Assembly: GCA_023388515.1 (NCBI GenBank)
Contig: JAEWGD010000005.1
Location: forward strand, 26,259-90,258
Origin: Bacillota bacterium
GTDB taxonomy: Bacteria > Bacillota > Clostridia > Oscillospirales > Ruminococcaceae
Length of the DNA stretch: 64,000 bases
Reading direction: 5' to 3'
In this document: positions 42,785 through 53,570 of the stretch, one piece after another
Position numbering within the stretch: the first letter of the stretch is position 1
How the letters are laid out: each line of letters begins with the position of its first letter
Translations under genes and position numbers: made by a program
Notes under the pieces: model-generated
Told to the model about the DNA's origin: nothing
The model's database searches: none
Seen by the model: only the letters and a program-made list of their open reading frames with translations

Positions 42785-43033
42785 ATGGCTACAACATCAT
42801 TCGGTTTTACGCTTACAGTAGACCTACATGGCATGACTGTTACTGAGGCTCGCTCAGAGCTTATGCGTGTGCTGAAAAGCTGTCCTAAGCATATAAAGGA
42901 AGTTGATGTAATTCATGGTTATACGCAAGGACAGGCTTTGCAAAATCTTGTAAGACGGGAATTTTTGCACCCCAAAATCGAACGCAAAATATTAACCATG
43001 AACAATGGCTCAACAACATTTATACTTAAATAG
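42785..43033 (+). CDS. Smr domain protein
   Basis: 82 aa with Smr signature LDLHGMTVTEA. Confidence 0.6.
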   Translation: MATTSFGFTLTVDLHGMTVTEARSELMRVLKSCPKHIKEVDVIHGYTQGQALQNLVRREFLHPKIERKILTMNNGSTTFILK

Positions 43034-43137
43034 TAGCTACGGTGTATTATAATGAGGACTTGCCCATTAGAATTAATCCATCGGGATACAACTATTCCTA
43101 CACGCTAAAATGGTGCTTTTCAGCACCATTTCTTTGT

Positions 43138-43662
43138 TTATTCATTCACTTCTTTAGCTTTTTTTCTGAAAACAACTGCTTTGCTAAACGCATAATTCAT
43201 TATTAAAACTATAACACTTGCTATAAACATCTTGAAAATCAGCTCGTTTAATTTATCAGCTGTACTTATTAATTCAAGCTTAAACAAGCCTTTGCCATAC
43301 TCAATTCTATCAAGTCTGAACAGTTTAATAAATGTATTCCTATATTTATCAGCACATAAGAACATAATTGTCCATTCTACGCCCAATGAAACAAGCCTTG
43401 CTGCGAAAAACAGCCAAATCTGTCTGAATAAATCTGCAATGTCTGCTGCTTTACTTTTGAAAACATACTTTTTATTGGTAATGAAAGCGAATGTTACTGC
43501 ACAAACCCATGAAAAAACAGTAGCTACACCTACCGATGTACTAAAAAATTCCCTCGCACCAAAATGTGTAATCCAACTTACAATGGTTGTTAATCCTCCA
43601 AAAAACACATATAATATTAATGCCTCATGTTTTGTATAAATCTTTTTAATTTTATCCTGCAT
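43138..43662 (-). CDS. GtrA-family membrane protein
   Basis: Four TM helices in a GtrA-like pattern (FFGGLTTIVSWITHF...). Start chosen at MQDKIKK. Confidence 0.55.
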   Translation of the reverse strand: MQDKIKKIYTKHEALILYVFFGGLTTIVSWITHFGAREFFSTSVGVATVFSWVCAVTFAFITNKKYVFKSKAADIADLFRQIWLFFAARLVSLGVEWTIMFLCADKYRNTFIKLFRLDRIEYGKGLFKLELISTADKLNELIFKMFIASVIVLIMNYAFSKAVVFRKKAKEVNE

Positions 43663-44039
43663 ATAATCCTCCGTCATTTTCAACATTTAATTAAATCATA
43701 TACTATACATAATATCACTTTGAAAAGATTTTTCAAGTATTTACTTAATTTTTGTAATATTTCATAATCAAAACTTGATTTTATATACATTTCCCACAAA
43801 GATTTTGCATAATATAAAAGTTTCAAAATAAAATTATACTTTTTGGATACGTCGGATAAAATTAATAAAAAATTTACTTGATTATTTTGCATAAGTATGA
43901 TAACATTGTTATAAAGTTGGATTTTGTTGATTTGGTTATTCTGCGTGGATTTGCGATACTTTATATAGCTATTTGCTTAATTGTTTTTTTATAATTATTC
44001 TAATATTTTCATAAATTTATATATTAACTGGGAGGTTAT

Positions 44040-45302
44040 ATGCATACCGCGTCTTATCTGATAATTATTATGCTACTTATGCTTATTTCTGCTTTGTTTT
44101 CTGCCTGTGAAATGGCTTATTCTAGCGTTAACCGAATTCGCCTTAAAAATTATGCACTGCAGGGGAATAAACAGGCTAAAAAGGCTCTTAAAATTGTTGA
44201 TTCTTTTGATAATGCTCTTACATCTATTCTTATTGGTAATAATGTTGTAAACATCGCATCTGCGTCACTCAGCACAATTCTCTTTACCGACTTGCTTGGT
44301 TCAAAAGGTGTCGGAATTTCAACTGCCGTTATGACAATTCTTGTTCTTGTTTTTGGTGAGATAAGCCCTAAATCAATTGCTAAGGAGAATCCTGAACGCT
44401 TTGTTTTGTTTTTCGCAACACCTCTATCAATTTGTATTTGGATTATGAAACCGTTGATTATAGTTTTTTCAGGATTTAAAAAGCTAATATCAAGGTTCTT
44501 TTCCTCATCTGATAACCGCCCAAGTATTACTGAAGATGAATTAAAATATATTATTGATGAAATTGAGGAGGAGGGCGTTCTTGAGGAGCAAGAGGGAAAT
44601 CTTGTTCGCTCTGCTTTAGATTTTGATGAAATTACTGTTGATGAAATACTTATCCCTCGTGTTAATGTTGTTGGGATTGAAATTAACAGCTCAATTGAGG
44701 AGATTAAAGAAGTCTTTCTGTCAGAAATGTATTCTCGTATGCCTGTCTATGAAAAAAGCAAGGATAATATAGTTGGAGTAATCACGCAAAAGGCGTTTTT
44801 TAAGTTTATGCTTGATGAAAAAACTGATATTCGTGAGATTATGCAGGACGCTTTCTATATCTCTGGGCTTAAATATATAAGTCAGGCACTGCGTGAAATG
44901 CAACGCTTGAAAATTCATATGGCAATAGTAATGGACCAACATGGTGGAACACAGGGAATTATTACTATGGAGGATATTATTGAGGAGCTAGTTGGCGAAA
45001 TTTATGATGAAAATGATGAGGTTTTCACAAGTTTAGCTCAAATTGGTGAAAATGAATATGAGGTTTCGGGTGAATACAGCCTTAGTGATATGCTGGGGGA
45101 ATTGAATTTACCTGATGATTTGATTGAAAGCTCTGCAAATTCTGTTGGTGGCTGGGTTATGGAGCTTCTTGGGCATATACCTGAGGAAGGTGAGTCAATT
45201 GAATGTGGAATTTTTAAAATAAATGTACTGTCAGTTAATGACCAGACGATAGAAAAAATCAAACTGCATATCTCGTTAGAAAAAGAAATTGAAGAGGAGT
45301 GA
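44040..45302 (+). CDS. HlyC/CorC-family (CNNM) transporter: DUF21 + CBS pair + CorC_HlyC
   Basis: N-terminal 4-TM DUF21, tandem CBS domains, and a C-terminal transporter-associated domain. Confidence 0.8.
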   Translation: MHTASYLIIIMLLMLISALFSACEMAYSSVNRIRLKNYALQGNKQAKKALKIVDSFDNALTSILIGNNVVNIASASLSTILFTDLLGSKGVGISTAVMTILVLVFGEISPKSIAKENPERFVLFFATPLSICIWIMKPLIIVFSGFKKLISRFFSSSDNRPSITEDELKYIIDEIEEEGVLEEQEGNLVRSALDFDEITVDEILIPRVNVVGIEINSSIEEIKEVFLSEMYSRMPVYEKSKDNIVGVITQKAFFKFMLDEKTDIREIMQDAFYISGLKYISQALREMQRLKIHMAIVMDQHGGTQGIITMEDIIEELVGEIYDENDEVFTSLAQIGENEYEVSGEYSLSDMLGELNLPDDLIESSANSVGGWVMELLGHIPEEGESIECGIFKINVLSVNDQTIEKIKLHISLEKEIEEE

Positions 45303-45850
45303 TTTTAATGCTCGCTGTTTTTAACGTATGCTTTGGAGTCGGCATTGTTTTAACACTACTCAATACATTGTTCAGCCTTTTGGGGGTATTTAACTTCCTT
45401 GATTTTGATTTTGATTTCGACTTCGATTTTGAAATTGGGGACTTTGATTTTGGTTGTTTTTTACCACTAAGCCCTACGCTTATAATAATATTCATCACCA
45501 CTTTTGGTGGCTTTGGTAGGGTTTTATATGACGATATGAATATAGTTCTTGTTGTAATATTAGCACTTGCAATCAGCTTTTTTATTACTTTTATTATAAA
45601 CAAATTTTTGGCAAGACCTCTTAGAAAGCTATCTTCAAAGGAAACTGCTGATACTGCTGATATAATCGGCTTGCCTGCTGTTGTAAGTGAAAAAATTTTT
45701 GAAGATGGTTATGGAAAAATCACCTTCAGATTTGATGATAATACAATTTCAGGGCCTGCAAAAGGTGCTGACAATGAGGAAATTAACACTAACTCAGATG
45801 TCGTTATATTGGATATAAAAAACAAGGTTTATATTGTCGAAAGACTTTAA
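45299..45850 (+). CDS. NfeD-family membrane protein (flotillin partner)
   Basis: TM N-terminus with a DFDFDFDFDFEIGDFDF repeat and a C-terminal OB-fold region. It sits immediately upstream of flotillin, as in yuaF-yuaG. Confidence 0.6.
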   Translation: MILMLAVFNVCFGVGIVLTLLNTLFSLLGVFNFLDFDFDFDFDFEIGDFDFGCFLPLSPTLIIIFITTFGGFGRVLYDDMNIVLVVILALAISFFITFIINKFLARPLRKLSSKETADTADIIGLPAVVSEKIFEDGYGKITFRFDDNTISGPAKGADNEEINTNSDVVILDIKNKVYIVERL

Positions 45851-45877
45851 TAAAAAATAAATTTTAGGGGGAACGTT

Positions 45878-47437
45878 ATGGATTTTCTTAATGACTTAGG
45901 CGACTCAGGCAAAACTATTTTTATTGTTATTGCTGTTATTATTTTATGCATTATCAGCTTTCTAACAATGTGGAAGAAAGTGCCACAGGATAAAGCAATG
46001 ATTATTTCTGGACTAAAAAAGAGAGTTATTTCGGGTGGAGGTGGCTTTGTAATTCCACTACTTGAAAGAGCTGACGTTATTTCTCTTGAGAATATCAAGG
46101 TTGAACTCGGTATTCAAGAGGCACTTTCAATGCTTGGTGTTGGCATATCAGCTAGCGGTGTTGCTGTTATTAAGGTAAAGAATGACAAGGAATCAATTCT
46201 TGCGGCTGTTGAGCAATTTAACACAGGCAATCTTCAAAAAACTATTATGGGTATTAAGGACACAGCGTCTGACGTTCTTGAGGGTAAACTTCGTGAAATT
46301 GTTTCAAAGCTTACTGTTGAGGAAATTTACCGTGATAGAGAAAAGTTTGCATCAAAGGTTCAAGAGGTTGCTGCAATTGACCTTAGCGATATGGGACTTG
46401 AGATGAAAGTTTTCACAATTCGTGATATAAGTGATAAAAATGGTTACCTTGAAGCTTTGGGTGCTGAAAAAATTGCACAGGTTAAAAAGGACGCTAATAT
46501 TGCAAAGGCTGAGGCACAGATGGAGTCCGATGTTAAGACTGCTGAAGCTATTCGTCTTGGTGAGGCTGCTAAAATTCTATCCTTAACACAAATTGAGGAG
46601 AGTAATAAGGATAAAGAACTGAAAATTCAAGAGTATAAAAAGCAGAGTGAAACTGCTAAGGCTAATGCTGATATTGCATACGAAATTCAGGCAAATATAT
46701 CTAGAAAAGAAGTTATTGAGTCCGATATGCAGGCGAAAATTCTTGAAAAGCAAAAGGAAAAAGAACTTGTTGATGAGCAGATGAGAATTGAAATCCTAAA
46801 GAAACAAAAGGAAATTGAACTTGCTGAAAATGATGTTCTTAGAACTGAAAAAGAACTTGATGGTAAAATTAAAAAGCAAGCTGAGGCTGATAAATATCGT
46901 GAAATCGCACAGGCTGAGGCTAAGGCTGCGTCTGTTGCACTTGAGGCTAAAGCTAAGGCTGATGCTGTAAGACTTCAAGGTCTTGCTGAGGCTGAAATTA
47001 TTCAGGCTAAGGGTGTTGCTGAAATCGAAATTGTTAGAGCTAAGGGTGAGGCTGAGGCTAATGTCATGAAGGAAAAAGCAGAGGCGTTCAAGCTTTATAA
47101 CGACGCTGCTATGGCTCAAATGATTATCGACCGTATGCCAGAAATAGCACAGGCTATCGCATCGCCACTTGCTAAAACTGAAAAGATTGTTATTATTGAT
47201 AATGGAAGTTCTGGCACTGACGGCCCTAAAGGTGCATCAAAGGTTACAAACTACATAACTGATATTATCGGGCAGTTGCCTGAAACAGTTGAGGCTATCA
47301 CAGGCTATAAAATAATGGATGTGTTCAAGAAAAAGCTTGATGATAAAGCTACTGTTGACGCAGTAAGTTCTGTTGTTCCTCCTATTATCCCCCCTGTTGT
47401 TAAGCCTGTTGGGTTTGTAGACGACGCTCTTTCTTAA
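45878..47437 (+). CDS. floT: flotillin-like SPFH/band-7 protein
   Basis: 519 aa with an N-terminal TM, an SPFH domain, and a long Ala/Glu-rich coiled-coil repeat region (EAKAKADAVRLQGLAEAEIIQAKG...). Confidence 0.8.
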   Translation: MDFLNDLGDSGKTIFIVIAVIILCIISFLTMWKKVPQDKAMIISGLKKRVISGGGGFVIPLLERADVISLENIKVELGIQEALSMLGVGISASGVAVIKVKNDKESILAAVEQFNTGNLQKTIMGIKDTASDVLEGKLREIVSKLTVEEIYRDREKFASKVQEVAAIDLSDMGLEMKVFTIRDISDKNGYLEALGAEKIAQVKKDANIAKAEAQMESDVKTAEAIRLGEAAKILSLTQIEESNKDKELKIQEYKKQSETAKANADIAYEIQANISRKEVIESDMQAKILEKQKEKELVDEQMRIEILKKQKEIELAENDVLRTEKELDGKIKKQAEADKYREIAQAEAKAASVALEAKAKADAVRLQGLAEAEIIQAKGVAEIEIVRAKGEAEANVMKEKAEAFKLYNDAAMAQMIIDRMPEIAQAIASPLAKTEKIVIIDNGSSGTDGPKGASKVTNYITDIIGQLPETVEAITGYKIMDVFKKKLDDKATVDAVSSVVPPIIPPVVKPVGFVDDALS

Positions 47438-47451
47438 TTTAATATATAAAA

Positions 47452-47497
47452 AGAGCGTAGGTAGATTAATTTCTGCCTATGCTCTTTTTTTGATTTA
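47452..47497. terminator. bidirectional terminator
   Basis: The stem agagcgtagg / cctatgctct is flanked by A-runs and T-runs. It lies between convergent genes. Confidence 0.6.
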
Positions 47498-47503
47498 TTT
47501 TAA

Positions 47504-47938
47504 CTAACCAATATCAGTTGATTTTCCTTTAAAGCCAAATGCCTTACGTTTTACAATGATAAACACTAAGAATATTAATAAAAACAAGGTGATTAAGTAC
47601 AAAAAAACTTCAAGAAGCCTAGTCTTAAAATCTACATTAACTTCAAGTGACATTGCTAAAGCATTAATCAATAGATTCAATAGAGCTATATAACCATATA
47701 TATACCCTAATCCAATGGTACAAATAATAGTACCCCAAAATGAGAATTTATTTAGTGCCCATAATATGCAAGCATTGTATATAAGTGTGATAAAGCAAAT
47801 GATTGTAGTGGTGCTTTCTAGCTTGGTTTTAATGGCAATTAGAATAATCGAAAACGCTAAAATTAAATAGTATATAATCAGAAATGCAAACCCAACCTTG
47901 CCCAAAAGCTTATACCGTTCTTTTAGACTTAAATTCAT
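47504..47938 (-). CDS. hypothetical membrane protein
   Basis: 144 aa with four TM helices and no recognisable family. Confidence 0.45.
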   Translation of the reverse strand: MNLSLKERYKLLGKVGFAFLIIYYLILAFSIILIAIKTKLESTTTIICFITLIYNACILWALNKFSFWGTIICTIGLGYIYGYIALLNLLINALAMSLEVNVDFKTRLLEVFLYLITLFLLIFLVFIIVKRKAFGFKGKSTDIG

Positions 47939-47968
47939 AATGCCCCCCTTTTTGTGCGAAGAGATTAT

Positions 47969-49099
47969 TTAAAAAACGCTCACCAATGTGATAATTGTAT
48001 AAATGCTGAATGCAATAATAAACACCCATGACGAAAACGCAAGGGATGCACCCCTCTTTCGCTGTGCCCTTGTGGTTTTGGGGATACGCCCCTTTTTTGT
48101 CGCTATTGAATATATGAACAGTGCCAACCCACCAAAAATAATAAGCACCATTAAACCACCAAAAATCAAGTTAGCAAGCCCCTCACTTAGATACTCATAT
48201 CCAATTGTGTTTATCATCGAAAAGGTATTAACCGTCGCATGTACGGCGATTGCTGGCAAAACTGAGTTATGCTTTATTGTAATATGTGCCAAGAAAATTC
48301 CAGTTATAAATGCAAGAATCGCTTGTGGGATATTGCCATGAAAAATTCCGAACATCACTGCTGTAATAACTATGCCGAACTTTTGGCTCACTCTTGACAT
48401 ATTCTTCAGTAAAAAGCCCCTGAACAGCAATTCTTCAGTTATCGGAGCGACAATACAGGTGTAAATAATGGTTACTACCATCAGTTTTGTGTTGCCACGA
48501 AATTCAAAGTCGGGAGTGCTTGCCGTTCCACCAAACTGCTCAATAATCGTTGTTACAAGACCTATAATTAAAGCTGATGCCATCTGTAAAAAAAGACCAA
48601 GTCCCATATATCTCAACATAGTTGGTTTCGACAAATCTTTTGTTTGAAACATTGAGTTAATTGGAATTTTGCAAATTTTACAGCCCAGAAAAAATACAAA
48701 TAAATTTGAAATTAGGTATGCAAGCAAATTCACCCCCATCATTACTGAAGACGATGATAAGTACTCACTAGCAATTGAGTCATAATTAAAAGGAAGCACT
48801 TTATATAGGTTTTCATCTACTGCATAAAGCGACAACTCGAACACTGTTGAGAGTATAATTGCTAGCAAAACGGATAACACTGTATGAATTATAATCATTA
48901 ATCCAGACATATTATAGAAATGTCTTATGCGTTTCTTTTCCATTGCAGATGGGAAATCGGGGATTTTACAGCCATCAATTGAAATTTGTGGTACGATAGT
49001 TCTATAATCGCTGTTAAATTCTCTGTTTTGAGTTGGATTATCGAACGGGTCAAATCTGTCAATCAAGTCCTTGCCATATATATTATTCAAATGCATCAC
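47969..49099 (-). CDS. CPBP-family intramembrane metalloprotease (CAAX protease-like)
   Basis: Motifs TEELLFRGF and FGIFHGN (EExxxR and FxxxH) within a polytopic membrane protein. Confidence 0.7.
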   Translation of the reverse strand: MMHLNNIYGKDLIDRFDPFDNPTQNREFNSDYRTIVPQISIDGCKIPDFPSAMEKKRIRHFYNMSGLMIIIHTVLSVLLAIILSTVFELSLYAVDENLYKVLPFNYDSIASEYLSSSSVMMGVNLLAYLISNLFVFFLGCKICKIPINSMFQTKDLSKPTMLRYMGLGLFLQMASALIIGLVTTIIEQFGGTASTPDFEFRGNTKLMVVTIIYTCIVAPITEELLFRGFLLKNMSRVSQKFGIVITAVMFGIFHGNIPQAILAFITGIFLAHITIKHNSVLPAIAVHATVNTFSMINTIGYEYLSEGLANLIFGGLMVLIIFGGLALFIYSIATKKGRIPKTTRAQRKRGASLAFSSWVFIIAFSIYTIITLVSVF

Positions 49100-49340
49100 C
49101 TATCCTTTACGGTTACAATTATAACCTTATTTCCTCATTTAGTCAACAGGTTTCGGTAGATTTAGTATGTTTCTTTTGTTTTCTTTTTTTGCAATAAATT
49201 TTTAATATGTTTTTGTGTTGATTTGCTTTTGTTGTCATTGAATATATTTTGTTTGGTATTGGTTCTTATTCGCCTTGACTTCCCTCAACCTACTTTCGGT
49301 ACGGTTAAATTTAGTGATATATTTATATCAGAACAATTCT

Positions 49341-49701
49341 AAATCGATTTTCCGTCGCACATAAAAATCGCCTGCTAAGCATAGTAGATGCGACGGGAAA
49401 GCACCCCATCAAAGTAGCGACCCAAAAGCCAAAACGGTCTTTGTTTTGGTTTTTGGTTGAGCGTGCCAAGCCACAGCGGCGTTGAGCTGCGTTTTTCTTT
49501 GGTTCGTTTCTTTGTACGCACAAAGAAATGAACACCCAAAATTAAATTTAACCATACGGAAAGTAGATTGAATGACAACAAAGAAAACAAGAACCATACT
49601 TCACTAAAATAAACAAGTAAAAGCATATTCAATGACAACAAGGCAAACCAGAACCAAAGCGAAAGCAAAAAACAAAAGCCCAAGTGGCGTATGAACGGCT
49701 A
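49341..49701 (-). repeat. dispersed repeat family, copy C (arm-hairpin-tail form, reverse orientation)
   Basis: Reverse complement of the copy at 34296-34650, including the hairpin gggtgttcatttctttgtgcgtacaaagaaacgaacc and the terminal cccgtcgca/tgcgacgg stem. It overlaps the last bases of the lysR gene. Confidence 0.6.
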
Positions 49702-50622
49702 ACACAAAACCTCAAACCCATACTCTCTAATCAGCTTTTTCAACTCATCAACATACCTCTGTGCTTCCATGCTTAAAACTGTTTTTTTATTCATAATCCA
49801 GCCAACAAGCATATTCTCCTCCGATTTCAAAGGAACAGCCACAATGTCACTCCCGTTTAAATCACTATTCAAAACCCCCGAACAAATCGTATACCCGTTA
49901 AGCCCTATTAGCAAATTAAACAACGTAGCACGGTCGCTCACATAAATGCTTTTCTTATGATAAACTGTGCTTAAAATCTCCTCTGAAAAGTAAAAAGAGT
50001 TAAATTCCCCCTGTTCAAACTGCAAGCATGGATACTCCTCTAAATCCCTTAGTTCCACATATTCCCTTTTGGCAAGAGGATTAAACGCACTCACAAAAAC
50101 ATGAGGTTTTGCATTAAAAAGTGGATTAAAAGTCAGCTGATTTTCATTCAAAAACTTCATAATAACCTTTTCATTAAAGTCATTAGTATACAAAATTCCA
50201 ATCTCACTTCTCATATTTTTGACATCTTCAATTATGTCATGAGTTCTTGTTTCACGCAATGTAAACTCATATTCATCTGCGTTACTGGAGCGTATAAGGT
50301 TTACAAAAGCATTTACTGCAAAGGCATAATGCTGTGTTGAAACGGAGCAAAGCTTGCGTGACGGCTTTTTGTGCTTATACCTCTGTTCAAGCAAGTCTGC
50401 CTGTTCTATAATCTGTCGTGCGTAGGATAAAAATTCCATGCCATCAACAGAAAGCGAAATCCCCTTTGCTGAACGGTTGAATATTTCAATATTAACCTCA
50501 TTTTCAAGCTCCTTTACTGCATTAGAAAGGCTTGGCTGTGAGATAAAAAGCTGTTTTGCCGATTCATTTATCGAGCCACATTCAACAATTTTCAAGACAT
50601 ATTTCAGCTGTTGGAGTGTCAT
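49699..50622 (-). CDS. LysR-family transcriptional regulator
   Basis: N-terminal HTH (QLKYVLKIVECGSINESAKQLFISQPSLSNAVKELE) plus a substrate-binding domain. Confidence 0.8.
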   Translation of the reverse strand: MTLQQLKYVLKIVECGSINESAKQLFISQPSLSNAVKELENEVNIEIFNRSAKGISLSVDGMEFLSYARQIIEQADLLEQRYKHKKPSRKLCSVSTQHYAFAVNAFVNLIRSSNADEYEFTLRETRTHDIIEDVKNMRSEIGILYTNDFNEKVIMKFLNENQLTFNPLFNAKPHVFVSAFNPLAKREYVELRDLEEYPCLQFEQGEFNSFYFSEEILSTVYHKKSIYVSDRATLFNLLIGLNGYTICSGVLNSDLNGSDIVAVPLKSEENMLVGWIMNKKTVLSMEAQRYVDELKKLIREYGFEVLC

Positions 50623-50813
50623 AATATCCCTGCTTTCAGAATTATAGTTTTATGGTTTACGCATATCTTTAAAGCTATTATATCATAATTTTCATAATAT
50701 TGATATCCCCTTGTTATTGACAAAATACTGCACCACGCAAACAAAAGTGTAGATACAAGCATTATAAAACGCTTTATATCCACACTTTAAAGTTATTAGG
50801 TATGCGATTAATT

Positions 50814-51443
50814 TTAGCTATTTTTCAAAATAACAGACTCCATCATATTAGCAACATCTTCACAGGCATCACAGCATTTTTCCAACCTGTTGAATGTTTC
50901 AGACCAAACCATAATTTCAATCGGGTCTTTACAGGTAGTGTGAAGATTACGAACAGCTTCAGTATAAAGCTTGTCCCCATCTTCCTCCAAGCGATTAATT
51001 TCAATAATGCTAGTTTTAACAGTTGTGGATTTCTTAAAGTTATGGAAGTCCTCCAAAGCCTTTTTCAATGCATCACAGCATTTAACAATTACATCAACAA
51101 ACTTAATCGCTTCTGGGCGAATAGTTTGTATATTAAACATATAAAGACGCATTAAAACATCCTCAATTGTATCAGTAACCTCATCAATTTCCTGTCCAAT
51201 TCCCGTTATATCCTCACGTTCAATAGGTGTAATAAACTCTTTAACCAAAGCATTCATCATTTCATGCTTACAAGTATCTCCGCCATGTTCAATTTCGTGC
51301 ATTTCAATCATTTGATCCTTTATTTGTGAAGGGTCATAATTTGTTATAACTCTTTGAAGTATTTGTGCAGATTCACACGAAAACTCGACCATACGAACGA
51401 AGGAATCAAAATAATCAAAGTTTCTATTCTTCTTATTTTTCAT
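50814..51443 (-). CDS. DUF47-family protein (PhoU-like, Pit accessory)
   Basis: Helical PhoU-like repeats. Immediately downstream of the pit transporter, the usual pairing. Confidence 0.7.
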   Translation of the reverse strand: MKNKKNRNFDYFDSFVRMVEFSCESAQILQRVITNYDPSQIKDQMIEMHEIEHGGDTCKHEMMNALVKEFITPIEREDITGIGQEIDEVTDTIEDVLMRLYMFNIQTIRPEAIKFVDVIVKCCDALKKALEDFHNFKKSTTVKTSIIEINRLEEDGDKLYTEAVRNLHTTCKDPIEIMVWSETFNRLEKCCDACEDVANMMESVILKNS

Positions 51444-51473
51444 ATTATTTTCTCCTATTCTTTTTAATTCTTA

Positions 51474-52526
51474 TTAAAATACTTTCATAAATAACATCGC
51501 CATTAAGAAACCAATAAGCCCACATCCTGGAAATGTAAGTATCCAGGTAAACACCATTTCTTTTACAACGCTCCAGTTTACATTGGTCACACGCTTCGCA
51601 ACACCAACACCCATGATAGCAGTTGTTTTTGTATGTGTAGTACTAACTGGAATTCCCGTTAATGATGAAACTAAAATACAACCTGCACCAGCTAAATCAG
51701 CTGAAAACCCTTGATATTTTTCAAGCTTAACCATATCCATGCCGACGGATTTAATGATACGATACCCACCAATTGAAGTTCCAAGCCCCATAACTACTGA
51801 GCATAAAATCATAAGCCAAACAGGAATTTCAAAGTTTCCTCCTCCACCATTCCCTTGAGCTAAAAAGATTCCAAGCATAAATACGCCCATAAACTTCTGT
51901 CCGTCCTGTGCACCATGCATAAACGCCATAGCTGCACCACCACCAATTTGTGCTGATTTAAAGAACTTATTAGTTTTACGTCTATCCTTGTTCTTGCAAA
52001 TAAGCTCCGTTAGCTTAACTGTGCCCCAACCCAATCCTAATCCCAAAATAGTGGACAAGCCAAGACCGTATATAACTTTTATCCATTCCGAACCGTTTAT
52101 ACCACCAAGTCCACCCTGTAAAGCAATTGCAGCTCCCGAAATTCCAGCAATCAAAGCATGGCTTTCACTCGTTGGAATCCCGAACGCCCAAGCTGCTGTT
52201 GCCCATATAACAATCGCAAGCAATGCGGCACAAAGTGCTTTTATAGCATTTTCAGAATCTCCTCCGAAATCAACCATATTATATATAGTGGCAGCAACCT
52301 TTGCATTAATCTTAGTCATAATAAACACGCCTAAGAAATTAAATACGGCAGCCATTAAAATTGCTGCACGTGGACCAATCGCACGGGTTGATACACAAGT
52401 TGCTATCGCATTTGGTGCATCTGTCCAGCCGTTAACTAAAATAACAGCTAATGTCAAGATAGCCGTAAACAACAACATTGGGTTATCCATTACTTGGGTA
52501 ATAAAATCTGAAAATTCTATCGTCAT
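51474..52526 (-). CDS. pit: inorganic phosphate transporter, PiT family
   Basis: Polytopic membrane protein with PiT signatures (GANDVAN-like). Start chosen at MTIEF (52526) with RBS aaggaa. The track ORF extends to 52640. Confidence 0.8.
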   Translation of the reverse strand: MTIEFSDFITQVMDNPMLLFTAILTLAVILVNGWTDAPNAIATCVSTRAIGPRAAILMAAVFNFLGVFIMTKINAKVAATIYNMVDFGGDSENAIKALCAALLAIVIWATAAWAFGIPTSESHALIAGISGAAIALQGGLGGINGSEWIKVIYGLGLSTILGLGLGWGTVKLTELICKNKDRRKTNKFFKSAQIGGGAAMAFMHGAQDGQKFMGVFMLGIFLAQGNGGGGNFEIPVWLMILCSVVMGLGTSIGGYRIIKSVGMDMVKLEKYQGFSADLAGAGCILVSSLTGIPVSTTHTKTTAIMGVGVAKRVTNVNWSVVKEMVFTWILTFPGCGLIGFLMAMLFMKVF

Positions 52527-52775
52527 ATTATCATTCCTTTTAAACCTTTTTTCATTATCAACAGCACTATCACCGTTTTCTTCAACATACATTTTACATT
52601 TTACCACAAGAATTATTCTATTGCAACAGTTTTTCAACAAAAACTTAACATTTTATTTTTTGCGTTAATAATGCACAAAATTATAAGGCACAATTCTACT
52701 AAACGCATAAAATTTCTCAAGCTTATATATGTTAGGCTACTGTAAAAAAAATTTTAAAAAATTCTGAAAAAGGGG

Positions 52776-52804
52776 TTGACATTTATAAATCAACGTGCTA
52801 TAAT
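52776..52804 (+). promoter_or_regulatory. consensus sigma-A promoter of cspA (TTGACA-17-TATAAT)
   Basis: ttgaca at 52776-52781, a 17-nt spacer, then tataat at 52799-52804. This gives a ~125-nt 5'UTR, typical for csp genes. Confidence 0.6.
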
Positions 52805-52935
52805 GATGATGGTATTTTAGATGTTCGACTGATTACGCATATTTTTGATAATCATTGACTTACTTAAATGACTATCAGAAATGTGCGTTTTAGGTTTTAC
52901 AATGAAATATAATAATAATGATGGAGGTATCTTTC

Positions 52936-53148
52936 ATGAATAAAGGTACAGTAAAATGGTTTAATGCAGACAAGGGATTTGGTTTTATCTCAAACGACGA
53001 CGGTAGCGATGATGTATTCGTACATTTCTCAGCAATCGTTTCAGATGGCTTTAAGTCTTTAAACGAAGGACAAAGAGTTACATTTGATACAGAAACAGAT
53101 AGCAGAAACAGCAGCAAGATCAGAGCTGTCAACGTACAACTAGCTTAG
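52936..53148 (+). CDS. cspA: cold-shock protein
   Basis: RNP motifs KGFGFI and VFVHF. Start at [10 protein letters not shown]. Confidence 0.9.
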   Translation: MNKGTVKWFNADKGFGFISNDDGSDDVFVHFSAIVSDGFKSLNEGQRVTFDTETDSRNSSKIRAVNVQLA

Positions 53149-53174
53149 TTCTGTTTTTTAAAAAAATCATTTAA

Positions 53175-53207
53175 AACGGCTATTCTCAAAGATTAGCCGT
53201 TTTTTTA
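53175..53207 (+). terminator. rho-independent terminator after cspA
   Basis: Stem aacggcta / tagccgtt followed by a T7 run. Confidence 0.65.
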
Positions 53208-53570
53208 TATTATGTTGGCTTGAAAAAAATACCTGTATTACATTAAGTTCTAAATGGTAGTGAGATGAAAAATATGTATGATTATGACGTTTGAACTGTA
53301 TTTTCGCTTTTCTTTGAGAATGAGCAATGAAATTTCGTTATTTTCATACAAATTGCCCATTACATTTTCTTATGAAATATGTTATAATTACTATATAAGC
53401 TATAGGGGGGCAATTATTTACACTAAACGATTGTCCTAATGCTACATTTTATGTTTATGTGCATCGTAAGGCTTGTTATCTCTTAAAGTGAGGCAATCGC
53501 AAAAGAATCTCTCCGCCAATATCGTGATGGGAATACGGAGCGGGGAACAATGCAAGGAGGCAATGTGAAT

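Noticed and set aside
43232-43639. ORF 43232-43639 (+)
   Set aside because: It is antisense to the GtrA-like membrane protein, with no RBS and a low-complexity composition.
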